A stretch of 64,000 nt of DNA from Escherichia coli (GCF_016903815.1 NZ_CP069973.1), one strand, 5' to 3'; shown: positions 1 through 10,244, counted from the first letter of the stretch. Notes: generated from the sequence alone by a model not told the origin. Numbers and translations are program-made.

Positions 1-358
1 AATCAGGAAAAATGTCTGAAGGAAAAGCAAAACTTTTGAAACCCTGGTTAGTCGCAATCTCATTTGCAGCAATAGCAACATATCCAATCGGTGCCCGGCT
101 ACTAAAAAGTATAGTGCCTTTGGGCATTAGTTTTGCTGAACAAGAGGAATAGCCTAGTGTAGTTAAATCTCTGGCACCATGTGAGATATATTTCTCTTTA
201 TAACCGCTCAAATCGGCAGGCGTAAGCCAGGCGACTCCCTCACCCGAAGGTGCAAAATTTTCAGCGACTCCCGATTTTGGTGTCCCACCAGAGATGACAT
301 CAGCAATGTCGCCTATTTCAATCTGTTCCCACCCCTCCGGCAATTTCCCAGCACTCAT
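1..358 (-). CDS. hsdS: Type I restriction-modification specificity subunit HsdS, N-terminal 119 codons (gene continues past the left edge)
   Basis: The reverse-strand ATG at 358 overlaps the hsdM stop (ATGA). Translation is MSAGKLPEGWEQIEIGDIADVISGGTPKSGVAENFAPSGEGVAWLTPADLSGYKEKYISHGARDLTTLGYSS...APIGYVAIAANEIATNQGFKSF. It has the conserved type IA HsdS N-terminus followed by a TRD-like region, and the frame stays open to position 1. Confidence 0.85.
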   Translation of the reverse strand, partial: MSAGKLPEGWEQIEIGDIADVISGGTPKSGVAENFAPSGEGVAWLTPADLSGYKEKYISHGARDLTTLGYSSCSAKLMPKGTILFSSRAPIGYVAIAANEIATNQGFKSFAFPSDIFPD

Positions 359-1944
359 TCCTTCACCCCACCAAATGCTTCTTCCAGCAACTGGCGCTGC
401 GCATCCGCCTCATCGCTCGCCCCCAGTTCACGCATCAGCGCATCCAGTTCAGACAGCGCCTGTACCAGTTCACCCATCGCTTCTGCCGCTAATACATCCG
501 GCTCCGGCAGGTTGTCGGCATCAATACTGTCTTTATCTTTCAGCCAGGAGATATCCAGCGAATCGGATTTCGCGGTGCGGATCCACTCGCGGCTGAACTT
601 GCGCCAGCGGCTGGTAGCAAGATGCTGGTCGGTGTTTTTGTTCTCTTCGCTGTCGGCAATTTCCGTCTCTTCGGCGTTAAAACTCCATTCACCTTCAGTG
701 CGCGGGCTTAAGCCGTGCGGGTCTTCGCCAAACACGCGCTCAAACGGTTGCAAATGCTCGTCGGTAAACGGCGTGCGTTTACCAAAGCTCGGCATATTGG
801 TCCGCAGGTCGTACACCCACACGTCATCGGTGCAGTTCTTATCCTGATTCGGGTTCGCCACCGTCCCTTTGGTAAAGAACAGCACGTTGGTCTTCACGCC
901 CTGCGCGTAAAAAATACCGGTCGGCAGACGCAGAATAGTGTGCAGATGACACTTATCCATCAGGTCACGACGGATGTCCGTACCTTTGCCGCCTTCAAAC
1001 AGCACGTTATCCGGCACCACCACCGCCGCACGACCGCCGGGGTGCAGCGTTTCGATAATATGCTGCATAAAGCACAACTGTTTGTTGCTGGTCGGGTGAA
1101 CAAAGGTGCGGGTAATGTTGGTGCCTGCGGCGCTGCCAAACGGCGGGTTAGTGGCGACAATATGCGCCTTCGGCAGGTTTTCGCCGTCGCTGCCCAGGGT
1201 GTTGCCCAGACGGATTGCGCCGCCGTGGTCGAGGTTGCCTTCAATATCGTGCAGCAGGCAGTTCATCAGCGCCAGACGACGGGTGCCGGGCACCAGTTCG
1301 AGGCCGATAAACGCGCGGTGGATCTGGAAATCCTGCGTGTCGCCATCAAGGTCGTCCAGATCGTTAGTCTGCGACTTAACGTAGCGGTCGGCTTCAATCA
1401 AAAAGCCCGCCGTACCGGCTGCCGGATCCTGTACCACTTCACGTGGCTGCGGTTTCAGCAGATGAATAATGGTTTTAATCAGCGGACGCGGGGTGAAGTA
1501 CTGGCCCGCGCCAGACTTGGTTTCATTGGCGTTCTTCTGCAGCAGCCCTTCGTACATATCGCCGAAGTCATCGCGCGACTTACCGTGCGCACCGTTGTAC
1601 CAGTCCAGTGAATCCATATTGCTGACCAGTGCGGTTATTTGTTTCGGCTCGGTGATGGTGGTACTAACATTATGAAAAACTGCCTGTACCAGCTTTTTGT
1701 CATCTTCGCCTAAATGCACGAGCATTTTTCGGTAGAACTGCAACTGCTCCTGGCCGATGCGGGATTTCAGGTCATCCCAGCGGTAACCTTCCGGCAGGTA
1801 TTCCGCTTCCTGCCCGGTCTCTTTACACATTTTCAAAAACAGCAGCGAGGCGAGTTCATTGACGTAGTTTTGATAGGAAACGCCGCCATCGCGCAGGTTG
1901 TCGCACAGCTTCCACAGCTTCGCGACCAGATCGTTATTGTTCAT
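355..1944 (-). CDS. hsdM: Type I R-M DNA methyltransferase subunit HsdM (EcoKI family)
   Basis: 529-aa ORF starting MNNNDLVAKLWKLCDNLRDGG. It has an AdoMet-binding DPAAGTAGFL motif and the catalytic NPPF motif. Confidence 0.97.
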   Translation of the reverse strand: MNNNDLVAKLWKLCDNLRDGGVSYQNYVNELASLLFLKMCKETGQEAEYLPEGYRWDDLKSRIGQEQLQFYRKMLVHLGEDDKKLVQAVFHNVSTTITEPKQITALVSNMDSLDWYNGAHGKSRDDFGDMYEGLLQKNANETKSGAGQYFTPRPLIKTIIHLLKPQPREVVQDPAAGTAGFLIEADRYVKSQTNDLDDLDGDTQDFQIHRAFIGLELVPGTRRLALMNCLLHDIEGNLDHGGAIRLGNTLGSDGENLPKAHIVATNPPFGSAAGTNITRTFVHPTSNKQLCFMQHIIETLHPGGRAAVVVPDNVLFEGGKGTDIRRDLMDKCHLHTILRLPTGIFYAQGVKTNVLFFTKGTVANPNQDKNCTDDVWVYDLRTNMPSFGKRTPFTDEHLQPFERVFGEDPHGLSPRTEGEWSFNAEETEIADSEENKNTDQHLATSRWRKFSREWIRTAKSDSLDISWLKDKDSIDADNLPEPDVLAAEAMGELVQALSELDALMRELGASDEADAQRQLLEEAFGGVKE

Positions 1945-2014
1945 TGTGAGTTCCGTAAATTAAACAACGGCCCGCATTGTTTGGGGCCGCAGAAGAAGAA
2001 ATTGCCGAGGGTAA

Positions 2015-2141
2015 TATACACAAAATCATTCAGGTTGCATCAAGGCGGCAAGTGAGTGAATCCCCGGGAGCGTACAGAAGTACGTGACCGGGGTGAACGA
2101 GCGCAGCCAACGCAGAGGCAGCCTGAAGGATGAAGTGTATA
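2015..2141. repeat. ERIC (IRU) element, about 127 bp imperfect palindrome
   Basis: Contains GTGAATCCCCGGGAGCGTACAGAAGTACGTGACCGGGGTGAACGAGCG, which closely matches the ERIC core targeted by the ERIC1R/ERIC2 primers. The outer arms TATACAC...TTCAGG.TGC at 2015 and the reverse complement ending at 2141 pair with each other. Confidence 0.8.
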
Positions 2142-2145
2142 CGTG

Positions 2146-5100
2146 TCAGGCCAGCTCGTCCCAGATATAATCGCTGAATTTATCAAGCAGGTTGTCGAGA
2201 TTATCGTCAAAGGTTCTTTGTAGCATCGCCTTACCGCCGCGGCGGTGGAAGTTGCCGGTTTTGAAGACATCGTCGTCGAGCACCACTTTCTCTTTCAGCG
2301 CCTGCGCTAAACGATCGAGCCAGCTTAATTGCTCGCTGCTCCAGTCGTTTTCACCCTTAATGCGCGTCAGCGCGTGATCGACACGTTCCTCAAACGGTTT
2401 CAGCGCATCGCCCACCGCAGCGCGGCGAATATGACCAATCAGCCGGGCGGCGATATCTTCATTGCGCGTCTCTTTCCATGCTTTGCGCAGGGAAGATTCC
2501 TCAAAATGCTGGCGGTCAAACCACTCCTGGAGCTCGACCAGCCCTTTACGGGTGAGATCGCGCGGGCGATTGATCACCGCCTGCAATGCCGGCTGCGCGT
2601 TCGGGGAACGTTGCACCAGCGAGTCAAAGGCTTCGAGGAAATCCTGCGGCGTGTCGTAATCACCGTACAGCGATTTTACACTCACCACTTCATCGTCGAT
2701 ATCGAGGAAGATCGGCGCATCATTCAGGTTGTTGATGTCCGTTTTCAGCTTTTCCAGACGGGCGATAAAGCCAGGCAGTTTGTTAAAGACTTCGGCGCTC
2801 CAGTGCGGCCCTTTTTCCCGCAGGCGCGAGGCGAAGCCGTTAAAGTTCACGCCCGCCGCGTCCTGGCATAGCTCATCCAGACGACGCACCTGTTTATCTA
2901 TCGTTTCGCTGCGGTCACGGTTAAACGTGGCCAGGCCGATGATGCGCTGGAGCTTCGCCACCAATTGTTCATGGCTGTGCTCGGCAAAGCTACGGCCATC
3001 CGCTTCGGTGATTTTATAGGTTTCTGAATCGGTAATTTCATTGACCAGCGTTTGCAGTTCCACCTTCGGACGCACCACCACCGGACGCATGGTGTCGACG
3101 CTCTCCAGCGTGCTGTAGATATCGACACAGTCGAAAATCTTAAAGCTGGTTTTATTCACGTCCGGGCATAAGCGCGTGGCGCGGCCTTTCATCTGCTCGT
3201 ACAGAATACGGCTGCGTACTTTACGCAGGAACACGATATTACAGATCGACGGAATATCGACGCCGGTTGTCAGCAGGTCGACGGTTACCACGATATTGGG
3301 CAGCCGCTCTTTATTGAAGCGGGTGATCATGGTCTGCACTTTGCGCGCGTCTTTATCGGCATCACCGGTGATCTTGATGATCGCGTCGTGCTCCAGTTGC
3401 GGATACTTTTTCTTGAACGCGGTACGCAACTCTTCCACCACCATATCGGCATGGGCATTGGTAACGCAGAAGACCAGCGTTTTTTGCGACCCGGTCGGGT
3501 CAAGGTAGTTGGTGAGCTCGTTACAGACGGCGCGGTTAAACGCCGGGATCACCAGGCCACGGTTAAAGTCGGCGACCTCAAAATCCTGATCGTCTTCCAG
3601 GGTATCGTTGATCACTTCTCCCTGCGGGCTGATGCGCTCTACCTGTTCGCCCTTGGAGAGATAAACCCCCTCCTGGGCGTTGCGGGTGATGATCTGAATC
3701 GGCGGATCCTGGTCGATCAGAAAACCGTCGATAACCGCGGTACGGTAGGTATAACGGTAAACCGGCTCGCCGAAAATCTGCACCGTATGCAGCGCCGGGG
3801 TGGCGGTGAGGGCGATTTTTACCGCATCGAAGTGATCGAGAATGCGACGGTAGGCAGAAACGTAATCCAGCTGGCTGCGGAACTGCAGCTCGCCTTCGGT
3901 CTGCTCTTTATCGAGAATATAGCCGCGATGCGCTTCATCGACGACGATACAGTCGTAACGGGCCACCGGCATCGGTTCATCTGATTGTAGGGTGCGTTTC
4001 ACCAGCGACTGTACGGTGGCAACGTGAATTTTGGTGCTGTCTTCGGGGAATTTATCCGTCAGCCCTTTAATGTCGAAAATGCTGTTGAAGGTGTCGCCGT
4101 TAATACGCGTATCTTCAAACGCCCCCAGTGCCTGCTCGCCAAGAGAACGGCGATCGACAAGGAAGAGAATGCGTTTAAAACGCTGGGACTGGATCAGGCG
4201 GAACATCATGGCAATTGCGGTGCGGGTTTTACCGGTACCGGTCGCCATCGCCAGCAGGATCTCTTGTTGACCCTTGACGATTGCCTTTTCCACCGCGCGG
4301 ACGGCATCTTCCTGGTAATAACGCAGGCCCAGCTCGCTCATGCCCGGGTTATCGGCAAACCACTGATTCTGTTTTTGCGGTTCGCTGCCGAGCATTTCCA
4401 GCAGCTCTTCCGGGCGATGCCACTCGGGTAAGGCTTTCGACATATTGCGGGTATCACGCACGTCGCGATACCAGATGCCACTTTTAGTCTTCATTGCTGC
4501 GCGATATTCGCGCCCGTTGGTGGAGTAGCAGAAGGGGATTTTAAACCGTTGTTGGCCGCTGGTGTCCTGCCAGCTAGTTTCATACTCCGGCACAGCTTCA
4601 TGCACTTCATCCGGTGAGTAATGCTCAAGCAAGGTTTCCCGCAGGAAGCCATTATCGAAGCATTTGCTGTAGCGATACGACTCATTGAGCTTGCCGGGAA
4701 CGTCGATATTTTTACGTTTCGCCTCTACCACCGCGATGGGCTTGAGGCCGACAAACAGCACATAATCCGCAAAGCCCTGATTACCCGTTTCATCTTTCCC
4801 GGTCGGCCATTCGGCAATGGCTTTATTGACGCCGGGTTCCGGGCGTGCGCCTTTGGAGAAGCGCAGGGTTTTGCTATCGGCCTGCCAGCCTGCTTTACGC
4901 AGTTGCGCGTCAATCAGGAAGCGACTCTCTTCTTCGCTAAGGTTGAGTGTGCGCTTGATGGCCTGATCGGTAATTTCTTTGTGGTAAGCCTTACGTTCCT
5001 GTTCGGTCTGTTTGGCCAGCTCCGCGTTCTTCTCGGCGAGCTGTGCTTCCAGCGCCGCAAGGCGAGCCTGGGTTTGCGCTTCTGTTTCCTGCTGTTTGCC

Positions 5101-5658
5101 TTCCAGAATGGCGATATAGCCGTTCAGGGCAACCAGCTTCTGCTGTTGCGCTTCGACTTCTGCCTGAGTCTGCGCTTTTTCTCGCGCCTGCTGTTCAAGC
5201 TGTTGTTTTAGCGTCAGCACTTCCTGGTGATAGAGGTTTTCGCCACGTTCCGGCAACACAAATACCGGCACCGGGAAGTCATAATCTTTGGTGACCAGAC
5301 GGTAGTACCAGACAGCCAGGCGGAACCCGAGTCGCAGGCACATCTGGGCATCGTCGAGATCGTTATGGTATTCGTGCACCGCCTGGTTACCAATGCGGCG
5401 TAATTTGTGGAATACAGAGAGAATGTTGTCATCAACGAAGGCGATTTTGCCGAGTTCGCGCAGGAGATCGTGTTGATTCTCACAAGGGGGGATGTTGAGT
5501 AACAGACCAAGATGTTTCGCTGTAGCTTCGCCAAACATACGCATTTTAATCAGCGTCGTGTTGGGATCATCCGGGTAGTTATTTTCCGCCGCACAGGCGA
5601 TGGCATAAGTGAAGTCGTTGACGCCCTTCAGGAATTCGAAGTTGGATTTATTCATCAT
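2146..5658 (-). CDS. hsdR: Type I R-M restriction/translocase subunit HsdR (EcoKI family)
   Basis: 1170-aa ORF. It has helicase motifs MATGTGKT (Walker A) and VVDEAH, and the EcoKI-type N-terminus MMNKSNFEFLKGVNDF. Confidence 0.97.
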   Translation of the reverse strand: MMNKSNFEFLKGVNDFTYAIACAAENNYPDDPNTTLIKMRMFGEATAKHLGLLLNIPPCENQHDLLRELGKIAFVDDNILSVFHKLRRIGNQAVHEYHNDLDDAQMCLRLGFRLAVWYYRLVTKDYDFPVPVFVLPERGENLYHQEVLTLKQQLEQQAREKAQTQAEVEAQQQKLVALNGYIAILEGKQQETEAQTQARLAALEAQLAEKNAELAKQTEQERKAYHKEITDQAIKRTLNLSEEESRFLIDAQLRKAGWQADSKTLRFSKGARPEPGVNKAIAEWPTGKDETGNQGFADYVLFVGLKPIAVVEAKRKNIDVPGKLNESYRYSKCFDNGFLRETLLEHYSPDEVHEAVPEYETSWQDTSGQQRFKIPFCYSTNGREYRAAMKTKSGIWYRDVRDTRNMSKALPEWHRPEELLEMLGSEPQKQNQWFADNPGMSELGLRYYQEDAVRAVEKAIVKGQQEILLAMATGTGKTRTAIAMMFRLIQSQRFKRILFLVDRRSLGEQALGAFEDTRINGDTFNSIFDIKGLTDKFPEDSTKIHVATVQSLVKRTLQSDEPMPVARYDCIVVDEAHRGYILDKEQTEGELQFRSQLDYVSAYRRILDHFDAVKIALTATPALHTVQIFGEPVYRYTYRTAVIDGFLIDQDPPIQIITRNAQEGVYLSKGEQVERISPQGEVINDTLEDDQDFEVADFNRGLVIPAFNRAVCNELTNYLDPTGSQKTLVFCVTNAHADMVVEELRTAFKKKYPQLEHDAIIKITGDADKDARKVQTMITRFNKERLPNIVVTVDLLTTGVDIPSICNIVFLRKVRSRILYEQMKGRATRLCPDVNKTSFKIFDCVDIYSTLESVDTMRPVVVRPKVELQTLVNEITDSETYKITEADGRSFAEHSHEQLVAKLQRIIGLATFNRDRSETIDKQVRRLDELCQDAAGVNFNGFASRLREKGPHWSAEVFNKLPGFIARLEKLKTDINNLNDAPIFLDIDDEVVSVKSLYGDYDTPQDFLEAFDSLVQRSPNAQPALQAVINRPRDLTRKGLVELQEWFDRQHFEESSLRKAWKETRNEDIAARLIGHIRRAAVGDALKPFEERVDHALTRIKGENDWSSEQLSWLDRLAQALKEKVVLDDDVFKTGNFHRRGGKAMLQRTFDDNLDNLLDKFSDYIWDELA

Positions 5659-5845
5659 TGTTATTAATCCATTGCTGTGTGGGCCTGTCCAAATATTTAA
5701 GGCCCATAACGCCCTATCTTAGCTTTCTGTACCTTTCCGGGCAATGACCGGAGTCACAGCAACTGACTCATTTCTAACGTGTTCGTCTATTTTGGTAGTG
5801 TTATAGTAGCCGAAAAACATCTACCTGATTCTGCAAGGATGTACT

Positions 5846-6760
5846 ATGACGGTTCCTACCTATGACAAATTTATTGAACCTGTTCTGCGTTATCTGGCAA
5901 CAAAACCGGAAGGTGCAGCCGCGCGTGATGTTCATGAGGCTGCCGCGGATGCATTAGGACTGGATGACAGCCAGCGATCGAAAGTCATTACCAGCGGACA
6001 ACTTGTTTATAAAAATCGTGCAGGCTGGGCACATGACCGTTTAAAACGTGCCGGGTTGTCGCAAAGTTTGTCGCGTGGCAAATGGTGCCTGACTCCTGCG
6101 GGTTTTGACTGGGTTGCGTCTCATCCCCAGCCAATGACGGAGCAGGAGATGAACCATCTGGCCTTCAATTTTGTGAATGTCAAACTTAAGTCACGGCCGG
6201 ATGCCGTCGATTTAGATCCGAAAGCCGACTCTCCCGATCATGAAGAACTTGCAAAGAGCAGCCCGGACGATCGGTTAGATCAGGCGCTAAAAGAGCTTCG
6301 TGATGCGGTGGCTGATGAGGTTCTGGAAAACTTATTGCAGGTTTCTCCTTCGCGCTTTGAAGTCATTGTTCTGGATGTTTTGCATCGCCTGGGGTATGGC
6401 GGCCACCGTGATGATTTGCAGCGTGTTGGCGGTACTGGAGATGGTGGCATCGATGGTGTGATATCGCTTGATAAACTTGGCCTGGAGAAAGTTTATGTTC
6501 AGGCAAAACGTTGGCAGAATACTGTAGGCAGGCCAGAATTACAGGCATTTTACGGCGCACTGGCTGGGCAAAAAGCGAAACGTGGGGTGTTTATTACCAC
6601 TTCTGGATTTACTTCTCAGGCGCGTGACTTTGCCCAATCCGTCGAGGGTATGGTGTTGGTTGATGGGGAACGCCTGGTGCACTTAATGATCGAAAACGAA
6701 GTAGGGGTTTCTTCACGTTTGTTGAAGGTGCCGAAACTGGATATGGATTATTTTGAGTGA
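5846..6760 (+). CDS. mrr: Type IV methylation-dependent restriction endonuclease Mrr
   Basis: 304-aa ORF MTVPTYDKFIEPVLRYLATKPEG... matching E. coli Mrr. It is divergent from hsdR. Confidence 0.96.
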   Translation: MTVPTYDKFIEPVLRYLATKPEGAAARDVHEAAADALGLDDSQRSKVITSGQLVYKNRAGWAHDRLKRAGLSQSLSRGKWCLTPAGFDWVASHPQPMTEQEMNHLAFNFVNVKLKSRPDAVDLDPKADSPDHEELAKSSPDDRLDQALKELRDAVADEVLENLLQVSPSRFEVIVLDVLHRLGYGGHRDDLQRVGGTGDGGIDGVISLDKLGLEKVYVQAKRWQNTVGRPELQAFYGALAGQKAKRGVFITTSGFTSQARDFAQSVEGMVLVDGERLVHLMIENEVGVSSRLLKVPKLDMDYFE

Positions 6761-6766
6761 AATATC

Positions 6767-6797
6767 AGGCCGGATGCGGCTGCGCCTTATCCGGCCC
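6767..6797. repeat. REP palindromic unit
   Basis: AGGCCGGATGCGGCTGCGCCTTATCCGGCCC lies between the convergent mrr and yjiA. Confidence 0.85.
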
Positions 6798-6805
6798 ATA
6801 ACCCC

Positions 6806-7762
6806 TTACTTCCTCAACCCCGCAAACGCCGCCCGAATCTCATCCTCCGGCAGCTGAATCCCGATAAACACCATCGTGCTATGCGGTTTTTCATCGCCCC
6901 ACGGCCTGTCCCAGTCGGCGCTGTAGAGGCGCTGGACGCCCTGGAACAGCAGGCGGTTAGGTTCGCCGTCAATCCACAGCATCCCTTTGTAACGCAGCAG
7001 TTTATCTGCCGATTCCAGCAGCAGGTTTTCCATCACGCGGGAAACTTCGCTGATATCTACCGGGTAATCCAGTTCCACCACAATCGACGAAATATCGTTT
7101 TGTTTGTCCGCGATAAAGTGAAAACGTGGCTTGGTGCTGACGACGTTTTCTTCCAGCATAAAACCGTTGGTGTTGAACAACAGGCCCAGGTCGATGTCGC
7201 CGTGGGTGACGGTGTAGACCGGTGCACGGGCGTTGATGCGCGCCAGGCGTTCACGCAGTTTTTCTGCTTCGCCTGCGACGTCGGTTTTAGTCAGCAGAAT
7301 ACGGTCGGCGTAGCCAACCTGGGACTGGGCGATGGTGAACTGGTTCATCTGCTCATCGGCATGTACCGCATCCACCAGCGCAATCACGCCATCCAGCAGG
7401 TAACGCTGGCATAAAATCTCATGGGAGAAAAAGGTCTGAATAATCGGGCCGGGATCGGCCATGCCGGTGCATTCAATGACCAGACGGTCGAACTGAATAT
7501 TGCCCTTGTCGAGATTATCCAGCAGGTCGAGTAGGGCGTCTTCCAGCTCGTTGGAGCGCGAACAGCAGATGCAGCCGTTGGTCAGCGTTTTGATCTGCGT
7601 GGCGCGGTCGCCAATCAGTTGATCATCAACGGAGACTTCGCCGAATTCGTTTTCAATCACGGCAATCTTGTAGCCGTGTTGTTCGTTAAGAATATGGCGC
7701 AGCAGGGTGGTTTTTCCTGCGCCTAAAAAACCGGTGAGTAGGGTAACTGCAATCGGGTTCAT
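6806..7762 (-). CDS. yjiA: COG0523-family metal-binding GTPase YjiA
   Basis: The ORF track extends to 7846, but the start is placed at MNPIAVTLLTGFLGAGKTT (P-loop). A GCICC motif is present. Length is 318 aa. Confidence 0.92.
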   Translation of the reverse strand: MNPIAVTLLTGFLGAGKTTLLRHILNEQHGYKIAVIENEFGEVSVDDQLIGDRATQIKTLTNGCICCSRSNELEDALLDLLDNLDKGNIQFDRLVIECTGMADPGPIIQTFFSHEILCQRYLLDGVIALVDAVHADEQMNQFTIAQSQVGYADRILLTKTDVAGEAEKLRERLARINARAPVYTVTHGDIDLGLLFNTNGFMLEENVVSTKPRFHFIADKQNDISSIVVELDYPVDISEVSRVMENLLLESADKLLRYKGMLWIDGEPNRLLFQGVQRLYSADWDRPWGDEKPHSTMVFIGIQLPEDEIRAAFAGLRK

Positions 7763-7772
7763 GCTCTCTCCA

Positions 7773-7976
7773 TTAACAACAGCGCATACCGCCTTTACCA
7801 TCGCCGCCGTAGCGCGCGTTCTGGCGTTCGCGGAAGAATTCTTCATAGCTCATGTACGGCTTGTCGGGATGGTTGGTCTTCATATGCTCGACGTAGTTGT
7901 CGTAGTCTGGAATGCCAATCAACATCTTCGCCGCCTGGCCGAGATATTTTTTTGCCTGTCCTAAGTTACCAAACAT
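7773..7976 (-). CDS. yjiX: Small conserved protein YjiX (CstA/BtsT-associated, DUF466)
   Basis: 67-aa [31 protein letters not shown]... located immediately downstream of btsT. Confidence 0.9.
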
Positions 7977-8024
7977 TTTGCCTTCCAGATATGCGTAAAG
8001 CCCGGAAGGTCCGGGCTGGGGATT

Positions 8025-8093
<69 letters not shown>

Positions 8094-10244
8094 TTAGTGG
8101 TGCGAAGAGATCTTCACGCCGCCTTCCGGGATTGGAACGTACGGTGTTTCTTTGTCAGTACGTTTGTCGCTGTTACGCACCTTCAGCCAGGTTTTGAAAC
8201 CGTAGAAGATGATGCTGTACACCACAATCAGGAACAGAATACTCAGGCCTGCGTTGGTGTAGTTGTTCACAACGATGTGGTTCATGTTGGCAATCTGCTG
8301 CGCCGTCAGGTCAGTACCGTTAGCAATCTTCTCTTTGTACTGGCTCGCCATGTAGAAGAAGCCTTCCATCTGCGGGTTGGTGCTGAACAGTTTCAGGCCC
8401 AGCGCCCAGGTGGTGCAGATAAGCAGCCATACTGCCGGGATAACGGTAACCCAGATGTATTGGGTGCGCTTCATCTTAATCAGTACAACGGTGCCCAGTA
8501 CCAGCGCCACGGCTGCCAGCATCTGGTTGGAGATACCGAACAGCGGCCACAGGCTCTTAACGCCGCCCAGCGGATCGACCACGCCCTGATACAGCAGGTA
8601 GCCCCACAGACCCACACAGCCCGCAGTACCGATGATACCGGCAACCAGAGAGTCGGTTTTTTTCAGGAACGGGATGAAGTTACCCAGCAGGTCTTGCAGC
8701 ATAAAGCGGCCAGAACGGGTACCCGCATCCAGCGCGGTCAGGATGAACAGGGCTTCGAACAGAATACCGAAGTGATACCAGAAGCCCATGTCAGCCATCG
8801 GCAGCACTTTGTGGAACACGTGAGCGATACCTACCGCCAGCGTTGGCGCACCACCTGCACGGTTCAGGACAGAAGGCTCACCAATGTCTTTCGCGGTTTG
8901 CAGGATCTGCTCTGGCGAAATCACGAAGCCCCAGGAGCTGACGGTCGCTGCCGCGTGTGCGGTAACGTCTTTCAGCTGTGCCATGATGATCGGCGCGTTC
9001 TCGCCACCCATTTCATGCAGGTTAGGCATGGTGATGCCGAGGCCAGCAGGCGGGGTGTTCATCGCGAAGTAAAGACCCGGTTCGATGATGGACGCAGCAA
9101 CCAGCGCCATAATCGCCACGAAGGACTCCATCAGCATTGCGCCGTAGCCGATGAAACGCGCGTCGGTTTCATTAGCCAGCAGTTTCGGCGTCGTACCGGA
9201 AGAGATCAGCGCGTGGAAGCCAGATACCGCACCACAGGCGATGGTGATGAACAGGAACGGGAACAGAGCGCCTTTCCACAGCGGGCCAGTACCGTCAATG
9301 TACTGGGTCATGGCAGGCATTTTCAGTTCCGGGTTCAGCACCACGATACCCAGCGCCAGGCCGACGATAACGCCGATTTTCAGGAAGGTTGCCAGATAGT
9401 CGCGCGGTGCGAGGATCAGCCACACTGGCAGCAGTGCGGAAACAAACGCATAGCCAATCAGCGCGAAAGTAATGGTGGTATCTTTAAAGGTCAGTGCCGG
9501 ACCCCAGTACGGATCGTGAGCAATCACGCCACCGAAGTAGATAGAGGCAACCAGCAGCACGATACCAATGACAGAGACTTCACCCACACGCCCCGGACGA
9601 ATAAAGCGCATGTAGATACCCATAAACAGCGCAATCGGTACGGTTGAGCAAACGGTGAAGACCCCCCACGGACTTTCGGCCAGGGCTTTAACCACAATCA
9701 GTGCCAGAACGGCGAGGATGATGATCATGATTAAGAAACAGCCAAACAGCGCGATAGTCCCCGGTACTGGTCCCATCTCTTCTTTGATCATCTCACCAAG
9801 AGATGCGCCGTTACGGCGAGAGGAGATAAACAGCACCATAAAGTCCTGAACCGCACCGGCCAGCACGACCCCCGCCAGCAGCCACAGCGTGCCAGGCAGG
9901 TAGCCCATCTGCGCGGCGAGAACCGGACCCACCAGCGGACCAGCACCGGCGATAGCGGCGAAGTGGTGACCAAACAACACGTAACGGTTGGTCGGAACGT
10001 AGTTCAGACCGTCGTTGTTAATAACCGCAGGCGTCGCGCGCGTGGGGTCGAGTTTCATCACCTTCTGGGCGATGTACAGACTGTAGTAGCGATACGCCAC
10101 CAGATACACCGACACAGAGGCGACCACGATCCACAGGGCGCTGACGTGCTCCCCCCGACGTAATGCAACTACCGCGAGGCAGAATGCACCGATGATTCCG
10201 AGAATCACCCAGGGTATGTGCTTGAATATCTTTTTAGTATCCAT
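8094..10244 (-). CDS. btsT: Pyruvate/H+ symporter BtsT (YjiY), CstA family
   Basis: Long polytopic membrane ORF. The start is chosen at MDTKKIFKHIPWVILG (716 aa); the ORF track begins 5 codons earlier. Confidence 0.93.
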   Translation of the reverse strand: MDTKKIFKHIPWVILGIIGAFCLAVVALRRGEHVSALWIVVASVSVYLVAYRYYSLYIAQKVMKLDPTRATPAVINNDGLNYVPTNRYVLFGHHFAAIAGAGPLVGPVLAAQMGYLPGTLWLLAGVVLAGAVQDFMVLFISSRRNGASLGEMIKEEMGPVPGTIALFGCFLIMIIILAVLALIVVKALAESPWGVFTVCSTVPIALFMGIYMRFIRPGRVGEVSVIGIVLLVASIYFGGVIAHDPYWGPALTFKDTTITFALIGYAFVSALLPVWLILAPRDYLATFLKIGVIVGLALGIVVLNPELKMPAMTQYIDGTGPLWKGALFPFLFITIACGAVSGFHALISSGTTPKLLANETDARFIGYGAMLMESFVAIMALVAASIIEPGLYFAMNTPPAGLGITMPNLHEMGGENAPIIMAQLKDVTAHAAATVSSWGFVISPEQILQTAKDIGEPSVLNRAGGAPTLAVGIAHVFHKVLPMADMGFWYHFGILFEALFILTALDAGTRSGRFMLQDLLGNFIPFLKKTDSLVAGIIGTAGCVGLWGYLLYQGVVDPLGGVKSLWPLFGISNQMLAAVALVLGTVVLIKMKRTQYIWVTVIPAVWLLICTTWALGLKLFSTNPQMEGFFYMASQYKEKIANGTDLTAQQIANMNHIVVNNYTNAGLSILFLIVVYSIIFYGFKTWLKVRNSDKRTDKETPYVPIPEGGVKISSHH

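Noticed and set aside
715-1611. A 298-aa ORF antisense to hsdM (with smaller ones opposite hsdR)
   Set aside because: These ORFs lie opposite strongly supported type I R-M genes. Their sequences are arginine- and valine-rich with no domain signatures, so they are treated as shadow ORFs.
8097-9647. A 516-aa ORF antisense to btsT
   Set aside because: It lies entirely within the well-supported BtsT membrane-protein gene on the other strand. Its translation is low-complexity and rich in R/H/Q/D, with no recognisable motifs or RBS. Long antisense ORFs are a common artefact opposite GC-rich, codon-biased genes.
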